Source: the human T2T-CHM13v2.0 reference genome, Homo sapiens
Assembly (NCBI RefSeq): GCF_009914755.1
Contig: NC_060932.1
DNA: 64,000 nucleotides
Reading direction: 5' to 3' (one strand)
The notes under the pieces are model-generated. The model did no database searches and had not been told where the DNA came from. It saw only the letters and a list, made by a program, of their open reading frames with translations. The translations under genes and the position numbers were made by a program. Positions 26,600 to 45,920 of the stretch are shown here, piece after piece. Every line of letters starts with the position of its first letter. Position 1 is the first letter of the stretch.

Positions 26600-27075
26600 G
26601 GTATCAGAGGTCTCCTTCCTAGAGACTTCCCTAATGCTTCTGAAGGGATCCCCCCACCCCATACTCTCATACTGCACTGTGCTTGGGTCTCCCTGGCACT
26701 CAATTCACTCTGTGTTCTGTTCAGATGTCCCCCTAGTAGAGAGTCCTTTCCTGGTCACCCCATATACGATAGTGCCTCCTTTTGTGTGACTGGTTATCAC
26801 CATATTCTGATATTTTTTTCAAAGCACTTACCATCAACTGAAATAAGAACACTACACAGGCAAGGATTTTTGTTGTTGTTGTTGTTAGATGTTTTAAACA
26901 ACCTATGCCCAGGAATCCAGGTAGTCCCTGACACCAAAAAACTATGTAGGTTTAATTTTCTTTTCTCCTTTTCTGGAATGTAAATTCCATTAGAACTGTG
27001 ACTCTTTTATTTTTTGGCTACATCTCCAGAACTGAATACAGTGCTAGGCAATAGTAGCTAATTAGCAATAGTTAG
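26600..27075 (+). mobile_element. L2 remnant(s)
   Basis: cagatgtcccc...agagagtcctttcctggtcacc and acagtgctaggc motifs. Confidence 0.55.
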
Positions 27076-28161
27076 TGGATAGTTAAATATATAACTGGAT
27101 AGAAGCAGAAATATATTTTAGTGGGTTAATGCATTTATACTCCTTATTTGCTTCTTATCCATCTTCATATTAACGTTTATCATTAGAACTCCTATGTTAG
27201 CAGTCTTCACATTGCCCTTTAGTGTTTGCTTAAAATTTTTTAAAAGGACCGGAGTTTTATTCTAAGTGCTAAATTATGAAAAGTTGTTTGTTTTTAGTTT
27301 CTAGTAAGAATTTCACTTGAACTTGTAGTATGTTTTAAAACATCAATAAACTGTGGCTTAATTATACAGGTATCATAAAGAGTTGGATTGTGGCTGTATT
27401 CTAAGGAGTATGACCACCCACTTCCTGGATCATCGTTGTCCAGATGTGGTACTCTAAGCAAGCAAATAAAAAAAAGTAAACCTCAGTGGAGAGCACTCAT
27501 GATAGCTTACTTAAGGAGGCTGCAAACCACTTAAGGATGCTAACTTTTTTACACGAAGAAATGTGATTAAGATATGTTAAACGGAAATCTATACAAACCA
27601 GTGAAATTGTTAAAATATTCAAATATGCCGTATTGTAACAAGAAAACACTGCAATGCACTGAAATCAGCAGTAGAACAGCTGTGTTTTAAAGGACAGTAC
27701 TTTGAATGTCACTTGACAATTTGCTTTCAATTAGAAGTAATTTACAGGAAGATGCCCACAAGCTAATCTTTACAGGATAATTAAGTTCCATTTTCTTTAC
27801 TTTTAATTAAAAAGCAGAAAAGATTTAGCTGATCCATAAAAAATGTTCTGTTTAAACATTCATCAGACTTCACACTCTTTTTTTGTTATTTGTTGTAGCA
27901 GATGTTATCAAAAGTGCAGTCTGCTCTGTTTTAAACCCTGAGTATTTGGAAAGTGAAACATGAGTGGCAGTAGGCATGTATTGGTGAGGTATGATCATTG
28001 AACATCTGTATGTTCAAAGAGGATAAAACAGATAACTACTCTTCCATTCCTTAATTGTGTTCTGTCTGATGCATTTAATTTTAGTACAAAACCACACACA
28101 GTAAAATGAGAAGCAACGCAATTTTGAGTTTTGAACATTGTATGTAGTAGGATGATATTTT

Positions 28162-28467
<306 letters not shown>

Positions 28468-30329
28468 CTATTTTATTGCAATTTTCATAATATAAAAATT
28501 GACACTGTTTTTTAACATGAGAATTTATTCACGGAAAATATGAACAATTCAGTGTTGTTGTAAAATCATTTAAAAATTCTTTCTCTGTATTAACAGTTTG
28601 TTGCATTCCTACTATGCTTTTATTTGGCAAAATAAAATATATCGCTAAGGATGTTTGAAGTTTTAGTTTTAGAAGTCACTATTGACAAGCTATTTTTATT
28701 CTAACTGGTAAGAACTGTCATTTTTCATTCTTATTCTCCTGTCATACTATGCTAAGGAGTTTTGCACTGAAAATTCTTCAGACACAAATTCTTTAATCCT
28801 TTCTTATGGTATCTTTTTTTGCTGGCTAATTAATGTGTTCATGTTGGGTAATAGTTTTGTTCTTTTAAATTCTAGAAAATTTCCTACTTGAAAACTTGAA
28901 GGAAGTTGGGCCATTATAGAGCTGTGTACCTTAACATTTTACAGTAATAATTCCATTTACTGTGCCTTTTAACAAACAAGCATGCTTTTTAATTTTATGA
29001 TCGGAGAGTACTTAAAATTTTAAGATGCTGTTAATATTATCTATTTTTACTTGCTTTTGTTTTCTTATTTAATTTCCCTCTGTTGGATGGAAAAGAGGAA
29101 ATGACAAGAGATTGCTCACAAGCCCATTCATGTATTGCCATTTATATTTGTATATGTAGGGAATATGTCCAAAGGCATTTTGACCAACATAGTTTAGGTG
29201 ATTCCTAAATAAAAAAAACTACAGTGTGTGTTGCAGCATATTTTATAAATTTCAGGTACGAACTTAATTATAATAATCACAATGCATTCATTTAAATGGA
29301 ATATGTGTTTGAACATGTAGATGTCATCAGATTTTGTAATGAACTGGTGAAAATGTATGCTTCTTGTACTGAAAGTATAATACTGGGAAAAGATAAAGCA
29401 CGCCCCATCTCTCTCCTTCCCTCTTTTCTCTCCTGTAATCAACACCTGGTTTGATTACTTCTTTTTGAACTATAAAAGCTATAGAATTATAACTCCTTAC
29501 ATGGAAGTTTTTGTGAAAGGGAATTGTAACAAACACAGTGGTTAAACTTTCCACTTTCAGAATTCCTCCTTTTCTTGTCATCCTGTAATTCAAACTTTCT
29601 TTAGTAAAGGATAAAGCAGTTTTGTTATTGTTCGAGAGAGTACAGTGATTTCCCTTTGGCACTTGGTTTTCAAGTTCATGACTGCTTTAGAAGGCCAAGA
29701 CAGGTTTCTATGTATTTGTGGTGCTTGGGGAAGTTGTCAGCTGACCTCTTCTATGTTCCCATCATCCATGGCACCTAACACATTGGCTTGTACATAGTTG
29801 GTCCTAATTAAATATTAATAAATGGCTGACTGGCAATCAATAAAAGTTATACACAGCTCTATTTGATTCATTACACATAGTCAGTGGATTCTTTCCCATT
29901 TATTGCTTTTTATTTTGTAAGATCAAAAGGATCTGTAATCTGAGACACTGTAAGCAGTTGTGTTGCTTTTCATCTTCAGGCCTGCACTTCCTATAAAGCC
30001 AGATGCTGTGAATATTGACCCTTTTCACAGCTATGCTTAGAAACTGATATATATATACAGTTTGCATGTGCAGAAATAATGTTCTACTTCAAAAGACAGC
30101 AAAGAAGTGCCTTTCTGGTCCATATTTAGTTTGTTTTGTTTTCTCTGTAGTTGTTGAGGCTTACTCCTTCCCCCGACAGTTGATGACTATAATGTTTTTA
30201 GCATGTATTTCTTTACCCAATCCATTTCTATTTCTTGCCTGCCTTTTCGAGAAGTGGCACCACTCACTGATTTGCCTGTTTTCCTCCTCTTACTGCTTCA
30301 TCCTGCTTGTAATTTTGCCTTCCTCAAGT

Positions 30330-30930
30330 CTACCAGGCTGATCTTCTAAAAACAATTAACAGCATGTCATTGCCATTGCTGAAAGTCTGCTATAGCTCTT
30401 TATTACCTACTTTATCAAGTCCAATTTGTCTACCCTGTTTTAGGACTTCCCATAATTTGCAATACTTTGCTTTTTGCAAACTATTTCTCCTACTGTCAAG
30501 CCCCTGGCTTCTGTTCCGGTGAAGTAGTACTGCTCCCTGGAGACCCCATCTCCCAGCACACACACGTGAGTCCCTGCCTCTTGCCTTTGTTCATATGATG
30601 CCCCTGTCTTTTCTCCATCATATAAATCTTTCTGATTGAAAAGGTCCAGTGGAAGTTCCACATCCTTCAAGAGGCTTTTCAGTATTCTCCTAATCCACAG
30701 CAATTTTTCCTTTTTATACTTGTTTCACTAATAGTGTCAGACAGTTTGACACATTTTCTGTATTTTTTCTACATATATATTAGCTTTTTCTCCCTATGAA
30801 GAATGTAAGCATTTTAAGGACACACATGTACACACAAAGAGTTCTTATGCCTTTTTGCTTTTATGTAAACCTTACATCTCATAGCAATGTGGTAAGCAGA
30901 TGGTAAGCGTTTACTTCAGGTCTTGTTTGA
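30330..30930 (+). mobile_element. L2 remnant
   Basis: Degenerate L2 motifs (tgatcttctaaaa...atgtca; agaatgtaagc). Confidence 0.5.
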
Positions 30931-31685
30931 TTTATAAAATCAGACTACAAATTTAAAAACCATAACTAGCTACAGAGATGAATTGGGAGACATTATTGAA
31001 TATTTTGTCATATATTTATAACAAACTTTTTTTTTCAAAGTCAGTTGGTTTATGTTTCTTCTAGAAAATTTTTTGCCACTTAGAAAAAAATGTATATTCC
31101 CTTAAAAAACAATTACCAGTAACCTAAAGATAAATAGAGATAAACCATCAGTTTTTAAGGGCTATCGTTTTCACTTTCAATAACTGACTTTGGAAGTGAA
31201 CACGTTAGTAAAAGGAAGGACGTGTAAGTCATCCATCTCCTTAACCATAGAATGATGATGCCACCCCTGCCACTGCCTGTTACTGGGTTCATCAGAGCCT
31301 TTACATATTTATAATTACCCTTCCATAAATAGTTTGCAACTTGACCATAGCATTTTGCCACTCTATTAGAATGAGGCACAAGGTCCAAGTTAAAAGCAAA
31401 ATCCTTAATGAATTTAACAAAATTAAGCAAAGAGCTTTAGGTTATAGGAGCAGAGTTAATGGATTCAGCTGTTCTTTACTTTCACTTCAACCAACAAATT
31501 CTGCATTCATTTTCCAGATGTGAACCTTGTTAAATTAAAATGGAGTAAAATTAATTTTGTGAAGCTGTTATATCACCCCTGGAGATAATTGGAGATAACC
31601 TAGTGTGTCGTAAAACTGGAGCTAGAAAATCAGCATTTATAGGGTTGGTTTCAGTAACTATGTTACAAAGGGATCCCAAGATTCA

Positions 31686-31770
31686 TTTTTTTTTTTTTTC
31701 TGAGGTGGAGTCTTGCTCTGTCGCCCAGGCTGGAGTGCAGTGGCATGATCTCAGCTCACCATGCCTGGCC
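31686..31770 (-). mobile_element. Internally deleted Alu retaining both termini
   Basis: Poly-T and Alu 3' end fused at 'cac' to the Alu 5' end (catgcctggcc); TSD ccaagattcattttt / ccaaggtttattttt. Confidence 0.85.
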
Positions 31771-31906
31771 CCAAGGTTTATTTTTAATGCATATTTCTCA
31801 ACTTTTGCTAGGATTCTTTCATGTGACTTAGTTGTCACTAGAGCTGAATTGTGATGCAGTCCTAGAATGCAGAGGTGGCCAATCCCAGAATCAGAGACAA
31901 TGATGG

Positions 31907-32102
31907 CAGTGCTAATCAAAGTGTGGTCAGTGCACGGACCAAAGCTATCAACATGACTTCGAAGCTGGTTAGCAAAGCAGAATGGTGGGATTTGCCTCAG
32001 ACCCACTGACACAGAATCTCTGTGTGTGGATCCTAGGATGCTGTGGAGTAAGTAACAGGTTCCCCAGGTGAGCCATATAGATGCTGAAGATTAAGAGCTA
32101 CT
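31907..32102. mobile_element. MER5-type hAT-Charlie MITE
   Basis: cagtgctaatcaaagtgtggtc...cagacccactgacacagaatctctg...ccccaggtga. Confidence 0.7.
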
Positions 32103-32106
32103 TGTT

Positions 32107-32400
<294 letters not shown>

Positions 32401-32444
32401 AGCTTGTCTGTGGAACCCCAGAGGTAATTATCAGACAAACTCAC

Positions 32445-33150
<706 letters not shown>

Positions 33151-33734
33151 CCCACTCTCAATATTTCAATTGAAAAAACTATATCCAAAGGTTTCTGATC
33201 TCTCATCCATCATTATAAAATGCAGACTGACATTTTGAATCCAATTTTTTGTTTCTAATATTGATCATTTTATAAGTTTCATCTGTTTTTCTGAATGAAC
33301 TGATTCAGCTGAACTGATTAAAATATAAACCAAAAGAGCTAGATCGCTATGATGAGCAAGGGAAAGCCCACAGTCTTCTCTAAGAGTAAATGTATGCCGT
33401 ACTCAGTTTTATGTCACTTTGACCTAGCAGAGAAGGAAAGCAACTGAAGAGCAACCTTATTCTGGCCCTATTTTGGCACTTAGGTTGGTTTCATTTTGGT
33501 ACATGGCTCTGTTCTTTCATCATACAGGGAAGTATTTGCAAAATGAGTGAAATTTCAGATTCTTTGAACAATTTCATCAGGCTGTTTTCCTGAAGGACAG
33601 AAGTTGTCTCTGTACCGAATTATTATCACTTCCACATATTTAGATAGATGCTAAAAAATAAGGAATATGGAGTTCATTATTAGTTGTAATCTTGGACTTT
33701 AAAAAGTATTCAGACATTTCTTGAGATCTTTAAC

Positions 33735-35003
<1,269 letters not shown>

Positions 35004-35170
35004 CTAGTTATTTATTGTTCTCTCTAGTAACATCACCTAAATAATACTATCTAGTGTTATTTAAAAATGTAGATTACATCATCTGTATTTATGTAAATTC
35101 TTTTTAAAAAATAAATTTTCAGAATAATGCTTTATGGAAATTGAAGCTTGCATTTAATAGATTCTATATT

Positions 35171-35486
35171 CAGTCATGTACTACATCATGATGTTTCAGT
35201 CAACAATGGGCCACATATATGATGGTGGTCCCATAAGATAATATTACCATATTTTTACTGTACCTTTTTTATGTTTAGGTATGTTTAGATATGCAAATAC
35301 TTACCATTGTGCTATATTTACCTACACTATTTATATAATAACATGCCGTACAGGTTTTTAGCCTAAGAACAACAGGCTGTAACATGCAGCCTGGGCAGGT
35401 TTACTCTATGATGTTACATAACAATGAAATCACCTAACAGTGTATTTCTTAGAACGCATCTCTGTTGTTAAGCCAGGCATGATTGC
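35171..35486 (+). mobile_element. Tigger3/MER7-type DNA transposon
   Basis: cagtcatg...cagtcaacaatgggccacatatatgatggtggtcccataagat...gcatgattg termini and body. Confidence 0.85.
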
Positions 35487-37134
35487 ATGTGAATGTGTGT
35501 GTGTATGTGTGCATACTATTTTTTTAAATCCTACGGTATATTATTGAATGTATAAGGATAATATTTGTCTCTATCAATTTAGTCTAGCTTAGATCTGAGA
35601 CTCAATTATAACTTTCAAGTCATCTAGAAGTAAAATCATATTGCATAGGAGATTCTAAAGCACTTTATTTAGGTAGAGGCAGAATTTGCCCTGCCAAATT
35701 TTTTTTCATTATCCTCTTAAGTTATGTAATATTGTGAGGTGACAATAACTATACTGGATCGGGGTAACTGATCTTTATATTGGTGCTACTAAGTTCGTAT
35801 TTTACAGCTAATACTGATTGTATTGGATTTGTGTTATGTCTGACGCCTACTGAAAAGTTATAATGCCCTAGAGGGTTATTACTATTAGTGATACTGAGAT
35901 GCTGTGATGATAGCAGGCTCTTCATTTAGAAGACTCAGATTTTAGATTGCTTTGTTTATTGCTGCGTTCTGTTGATTATATTTATTTATTTTTAATTTTA
36001 TTGACATTACTCAAGTGCCGATTTATATCATAATGCTAGAGTCTTGGAAGGTGAAGAAGGCATACTTATGTTAATAAAACACAGTTCCTTTTCTCAAAAT
36101 GGTGTTCCCCTGAGTGAATAAATGCGCGGAAAGTCTGAGTGTACACAATATTGGAAGTAGCAGCTTTGTGAACCCGTTTGTAATATTGGCAGTGTTGTGT
36201 CATTCAGTTTAAATTTGTTGCATGTTACTGATTGATTGCTAGAATTTTAGTGCAGAATTCCCTTGGTTGGAAATCAGAAGAGTCACACATAGATCAGAGG
36301 TCACAAATAAAAGTGTTGTTTTCTTCTAGCATAGCTGTTGATTTTATTATTTAACAATATTTCCTAAGGTAGCCGGCTGTGTTTAGAGGGTGCTAAGACA
36401 GCTGGAGTGGGAGAAAGAACCCTTGGCCAATATTTTCCTTTTCACTTGGTTAACTTGGTTACTTTTTAAAGGGATTCATGAAAGTGATCAAGAATGAACG
36501 TGTATCCCCACTCACCTTTACATGGGTCAAGGACTTTGCACAAATCGGACTACATGAATATTGCATGTTTCATAAGATAATTCTTAGTACCTCTTTCAAG
36601 GTTTTAGGATCTTGATAAAATTTTAAATGATCTTTGTCTCCATTTCATCTATGGATAGTAGTGGTGTCACATATATTTTCTCTGTGGCTTGCTAAATATA
36701 TATTTAATAGAAAACATTTTTATCTTTCCACTGTGGGTAGCCACACCATGAAATGTACATTTTACAAGATCATTTGCTATGTGACTCTAAGGTGAAAGCA
36801 TTGCCAAATTATTTTGTTCTGCAATATTTGTGTAACATGTCCTTTGTAAGCTTTAGTTTTTTAATTTTAATGAGGGAAGGAGTGAAGAAAACTAACATGT
36901 ATTATGTGCCCACCATGTACCAAATATTCTACTACATGCTTTAATTTAGATTATCTCATATTGTCCTCACACTGACACTTCATATTAGACTCAGAGGAAT
37001 AAAGAATGCGTCTTAGATTCCAACTCAGCTCTGTCCAACTCCCACAACCATAGTATTGCTATTATGGCATGCTGTCTCTTACCATGAGGCCATGTGCTGA
37101 CACACTGTGGAAGGTGCAATAATAAATGATATGT

Positions 37135-37188
37135 ATTCCTAAGTTTGGGGAAACTTAGGAATGCTAAGTTTGGGGAAACTTAGGAATG
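37135..37188. repeat. 12-bp-stem hairpin overlapping a 25-bp tandem duplication
   Basis: attcctaagttt-gggg-aaacttaggaat; unit ctaagtttggggaaacttaggaatg x2. Confidence 0.95.
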
Positions 37189-39919
37189 GAGCAGGCAGAT
37201 AGCTTTAGTGAAAACAGGACATAGAAGATACTAAGGAGCTGTGTAAGCCATGAGATCTGAGCATATAGGAAGAAAGATCTATTGTTTAAAATGAATTTTT
37301 CCCTCCTTGAATTTTCTAAAATTAACTTAATTTATAAATAGATATTTCTCAGTATGTGGTTTATAGTCTGTCTTATGTACTGCATATTCTTGAAAACTGA
37401 GATATAGGTTTTTTTTCTAGAAAAGAAAATTTGTAGAGAAAGAAGAGGAAGATGTGTTGTAGACTACAGCTAGGCATAATCAGCCTCAATTCCTATATAG
37501 TGGTCTTAGCTTCAATACAGAATTCTGACACTAAATGGATATTTTTATAGGCATATTGTTTATTCAGAAGTTGGGGAGACTTAAAATGCATGTCTTTCCT
37601 GATATATATGAGCTACATTTTACTAAGACAACCTTAATTTTTATAATGTAAATTTTTATAATGCTATAACATACTGTCTGGAAGTAGGAATTGGTTGATT
37701 GGGGGAGGGGAGAGCCAATGTAAATCAGAGAAGCAATAATTACTAGGTCAAGAAATAGGGCAATTAAAAAAATAATTCATGGCAAGTAGGAGTGAGACAT
37801 TTACATTCTGAAATTAATTATGGTACTTTTTATTTAAATTAAAATCAGGAAGAAAAGTTCAGGAAAAAGAGGTTCAGGGAAATTTTATATATATTCATCT
37901 CAACTACAAATTAGTAAAGATCTTATATTCAACAAATGTGTCAGAGTCCATTAAAGACATTAGAAAACCCTATTTCATTGTAACTAAACTGCTTGACATT
38001 TTAACCTCCAAACTTTTTTATAATCAAATGTAGAGATTGTGTCTGTCTTGATAAGTCTACATATAGTATCCATGCTGCAAGAATACCAAAAAAAAAAAAA
38101 AATGGATCCTTAGTTTTACAGGATTGACAAAGATGTCTGTTGGCCAAATCAAGTGTAAGAGTTCCTGTAAAGTCCTCAGATCAACAAATTTTTAAAAAGA
38201 AAATCTTTTATGTTCACTTAGACAGCAACCAGCTCGAACGGACAATCCATTTCTTGTGTAGTGCATCCTTAGAAGCTGGCTTTTAACTCTGAAGGTCTAT
38301 GGTCTTGGTCTTTGGCCTTCTAGGGTACTGATAATTACTGCTCCTACTGCACCTCCCGTTTAGTCCTTCGCTTTCTATTCTTTGGTTCACTCTTCCTTCC
38401 TTGTCACTTCCCCATTAAACTTTTCTGTCCTGGGCCCTATTATCTCAACTTGCTCTCAGCCCCAAACTTCCTTATTACTCACTCTGATAAGACCAGCTTG
38501 GTTCATAAGTGCTGGTGTAAAGAGGGCCCTGGCCTGTCCTGTCTCATTAGCAACTAGGGTATTTAGCATGCTTTCAGTGTGTTTTTGGTGATCACATAAC
38601 TCACAGGAAGAAGCTAATATATGGTAATTTTAGATCCACTGATAGGTGAGTGGAAGAGATCATTGGCCTTTCAATTTGCAAGTCTGATCTTTCCTCAGCT
38701 TATATTAGAAATCTCATTTGAATTTTGGAATGGTGATATAAAAGACGAGGTTTTAGATTTGAGGACTTAATTGCTGAGAACATGTTTGCTGGAACCAGAT
38801 AAAACTTCTTCCAGTGGATGGTAAGCCTGTCTTGGGGTAGCAAACTTAAGGAATGAAGTAAATTCCATTATCAGATATTCAATTTCAATATTTAAAATAG
38901 GTGATTAAATATGATGCATAATCTCTGGAGTAGTTTGTAAAAGTGACCAACGTAAGTCATGAAATTTGCGGTTAAAAAGAATTCTCTGATACATTTTTAG
39001 ATATTCATCCAATAAAATCAACAAGCAGCAGTTAGTTAGCATCAGTGGTTTTTGTTTGCTTGTTCATTTAGCAAAATATAATGTGGAAAGCCCCAAAGGA
39101 AACCATATTGCTTAGCGGGGGAGAAAAATGATTTCCCTTTTAGTCCAGTCAGAATGGCCTCCCATCAAGACAGACTGACGTGCTCAGCCAGGACCACCTT
39201 ACTTAGTGGCCTGGACTTGGGCTTCGATATGCAAAACAGACAGAGATTCCTCAGTTTGTTCGGAAATTTGCAAACGTAGGCACTTTTCTAGGGAACAACT
39301 TTATTTAATTCCTCCCTTCATTTAGTTTTCCGTGCAATTCAGAATCCTCAGTTTTCAAAAATGATTGATGATTTCCAATGCCCCAGAGAAAATTTCAGCC
39401 TCTGTTAAAACTTAGAGTATAAAAGTGTAAAACTTCCCACATCTTTATAAATGTATTGTTTAAATAATTCACTGCTGATGGATTAAGGGTTAAAATCCAA
39501 GCACTATTTTTGATATCAAAATGATACTATCATATCTCAAAATGAGTGTTCATGCTAATTCCGAATGCAGAATGACATATTGACTTGTGAACACATTGAA
39601 TTGAGGTCAGTTGCTTCTTCATTGTGTGTGGAAGTTACGGTATTTTACGTAATTCAATCGATAGGCATTGTCTATGATAGTGAATTACCTCTCTTGGACT
39701 TTTCATCTGTACTAGGGTTGTTTTCTTGCTAGGTAGGGAGAAATCCAAGAGTAAAGATTGCTTGATATAGAGGAGAAATCACTGAGGAGGCATCTTTTAA
39801 CATCTTTTTACTTTTTTAACAAATGAAGTTAATTCTTTATTAAAGAGATACTGCAAAGAGATACTGAATCTTTATTTACATGGAAGATAAGTTGGACAGA
39901 TGTATCACAAGGAGAATTC

Positions 39920-41778
<1,859 letters not shown>

Positions 41779-44149
41779 TTACTAGTACTTACTATTGATC
41801 TTATCTCAGACAATCTCAGGCCCAGTGTGTCTTCCTTGCTGGTTTATTTGCTCTTTGTACTCTTTCCACTTTGAGCCCAATCAGACTGAATTAGCTGTCA
41901 TAGGCATTCAAAAGTTAAATTAAAACATTGATGCTTAAATCTAAGTATACTTGCTTTATACCAAGCAAATGAGAGAAACAAAGGTTTTTAAATTTTTTTT
42001 TCTTAATTTTATTCCTGATTTATTTCATTATGTAACTGAATACTCAAGAATATGGCAAGTTTCTTCCTCCCCAGATCCTTTCCTCTTGACCTCCCTTATG
42101 AAAATGACTGTGTTTTGCCCTATTTAGATTATGGAATGTACTGTTTCCCTTTTCCTGGTTTTTGCTCCCAGTATCCATAAATTTCAAGATAGGGGAAAGA
42201 GGAGTAGGGGTTGTTGTGTTGGCACAGCCCATCAGAGTGCCTGGTGCATAATAGCTGCTCCAGAAAAATATGTCTCAGCATTATCTAGAGCTTGTCATTT
42301 CTGTCATCTTTGCTTAGCTTGAGGTGATGTGCAACTTTGACCTAGGACCTTTTTGAAGTGCATGGCTATGAGTCCCAGTGGTTCTCTTTCATTTGATTTA
42401 CAAAGTACTTCTCAACATTAACTTTGTAATGAAGGAGCTTTATTCCCAGAAGATATTTTAGCCAGCGGTATACATGTCATGATTTATGACTAGAGCAAAT
42501 AATAAAATATATAAAACCACACATGAAGGAGCCCATTAGGTTATTTCTAGATAACTTTGCTCCTAAGTTTAACTGGCTATGTTTTTCCATGTCTATGTCT
42601 GATAAATGGATTTATCTCAATATCAGGTTTTCACAAGATTAATAATCCCTCTTTGTTAAGAGGGTCTGTTTGAAATTGAAGACAATTATCCTGACGTGAA
42701 TTATATAAATATGTGCTAAATATTATTATGTTTTTATACTTTTAAGCATATCTAATATTGTAAGTTTTTGATGGGGTATCATGCAGAAATAGGAGGTGTA
42801 CTCAGTAGGAAAAAATGGTGAGGCTAAAAATTTTTTTTTAACTTGGGTAATACTATGGTCTCAAAGCTTTAACCTGAATTATTAGTGCATATAAATCCAT
42901 CTTCTTAATTAAATGGGGCCTTTGGCCATTGAACGCCAGCATATGGACAGAGTTAGTTACTAGATGATGTTATGAGGCTGGCCTGGCCACATAATCCATT
43001 AGACGTAGGATTCAGTTATATTAGTAGCAGCAAAATGATTTTTATGGTTGTAACAATCTTCTCTTTGTTCTGTCAGTATCAATTATTTCAGTCCTAATAA
43101 AAATCTAAAAAGGGGGTCAGGTTTATGATCTGTGCTTTGGGTGGATAATTTGTAACTTTTCTATCCAGTAGGCCAAGAGTTTTTTCTTTTTTTCTTTCTG
43201 GAAAGGACCTATACTATGTAGTTTATGTAAACTACTTCATTGTGTGCTTATGGGTGCAGTGAGAGTGATTTCAAGAGCTTATAATGTTAGAAAATTTCAC
43301 TGAAGAGCATGAATACACATACAAATAATAAATATGAATATAGTAGTATGTATCTATGTGTTTGTGATTATAACAGTGAATATTATGTATTTCTTTTGGG
43401 AATTATATCAGTGTTTGTCAATTATGTTTAAGACTTTGGAGGAATAATTTATAGTAATATGTTAAAATGTATGGTAATAAGTGAGAGGAAATCTAGTTAC
43501 TGGTCCAGGGTCTCAGTCCACCTTTCATATGAAGCACTAGGGAACCACTGAGAAACAACTCATTGAAATGACAGTGCAAAGTAAATCCAGTGCAAAACTG
43601 GCATAGCATCATTGGGTGAGGGGGTAAGAAATAGAACCTGTTTCACATGGTTATGCAGAAGACAACAAAAGATAGCATACGTAAATTGCACGATAGCTAA
43701 GTACTCAATAAGTATTAGTTCTTTCTAATGGATAGACATTTTTTAAGGGAGGTAACTACCAGTTCAGAATAAGAACTAATTTTCTAGTAATTCTTACCTT
43801 TCCCAAATTGTGACGTAATGAAATTTCAGCCTAGAAGTGTTTAGTTAATCATCCTTTAGAGACGTTGTAAAGGGAAAAACATTGAATGGAGGTTGGGCTA
43901 CATAAACTTTATAAATGACTTTTTAGATATTTTGTCCTATGGGGCAGATGCCCCATCTTAGTGATATGCATTATAATGTGTACAACATGGCTTTATGGAA
44001 ACCTGAGAATAAAAGGGGCTATTACAGCAGGAGGGACTTCAGCAGCCACAGACTGGTTAAATTAATGGGATTAAGTCAAGAGCAAGTGCACCACAGCTCC
44101 TCTTTTGATAAAGACACTTATTGAAGACTTTCTTTGTGTTAAGGAGTGT

Positions 44150-44330
44150 TGCAAAGTTTTTATATGAATTGTTTTAACTTACAGTGTATGTGCTGTATTT
44201 TATGCCTGAGGAAAACAAGGCAGAGAAAGGTGAAGTAATTTGCTCAAAGGAATCTAGCTGGTAATGTACAGATCTGGGATTTGAACGCAACTTATCTAAC
44301 TCCAAAGCCAAAGCTCTTCATTCCATGTGT
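44150..44330 (-). mobile_element. MIR SINE
   Basis: tgaggaaaacaaggcagagaaaggtgaagtaatttgctcaa...ctgggatttgaac...aactccaaagcc. Confidence 0.75.
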
Positions 44331-45179
44331 TGTGCTGTGTGTACACACAGCAGCAGTTGTCCTCATGAACCTCTGTGATGGATTTTGAAGATGCTGTAAT
44401 TCGTTGCTAGACGCATCTTTAAAATATTGGGTGCTACTGACTCTGTGATGCTAATTAGGCCTGGCACCTCTGTATGGGTCTGTATTTTGCAGGACATGAA
44501 GCCTGAATTCAAGATGTTAGGTAGAACTTTGTTAAATCCTAGAAATGTTAAGCCTCTATTTAATACTTTTGTTTTAATATTCTTGTTTCTCTGTGTGTGT
44601 GTGAACCCATATCCACACACAGTGGTATTGCTAGAACATATACTGAGCTGGTCAAACAAAATTGTATAACGAGGAGAAAAAGATAGGAAATTGAGTAATA
44701 CTCTCTTTTGTCATGTTAGTCCAAAAGCTGAATATTTAAAGAATTTATACTTGCTGATGATGGGCATCTAGAAGGTTAAAGGAGGTAGATCTGTACACTT
44801 GGCTTTCCTGAGTTGTAATGTGGTCTGGAAATAATGGAGGGTGGAGATAGTTACATTGTCAGCATCCAAGAACAGAAGGGATTTTAGGAAGAGTTTGTAA
44901 ACTTAGTGGAAGGAAACCAGATCAAAAGTTATGTAAGAACTGGTTACAGATGTTATCTAAGGGCATAGATTCTTTAGAGCAATCAGAAGGTCATGAAAGT
45001 AAACAGATCGAGATATACACTCTCAAGTGGTTATACAAACTCAAATTCAGGAAATTTGTAAATGAACAGGAATTATTAAATTTTAGGTCATGACTGGAGG
45101 TATGAAATTAAAATACAAATTATTTGCATATGCTATCAGAGAAAGGTGATACCACCTTATATAAGACTAAAATATGAGA

Positions 45180-45920
<741 letters not shown>

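Noticed and set aside
39598-39652. Circadian RORE plus D-box pair (AGGTCA; TTACGTAA)
   Set aside because: The AGGTCA lacks the required upstream T of a RORE, and TTACGTAA occurs elsewhere in the window, so the pairing is not significant.
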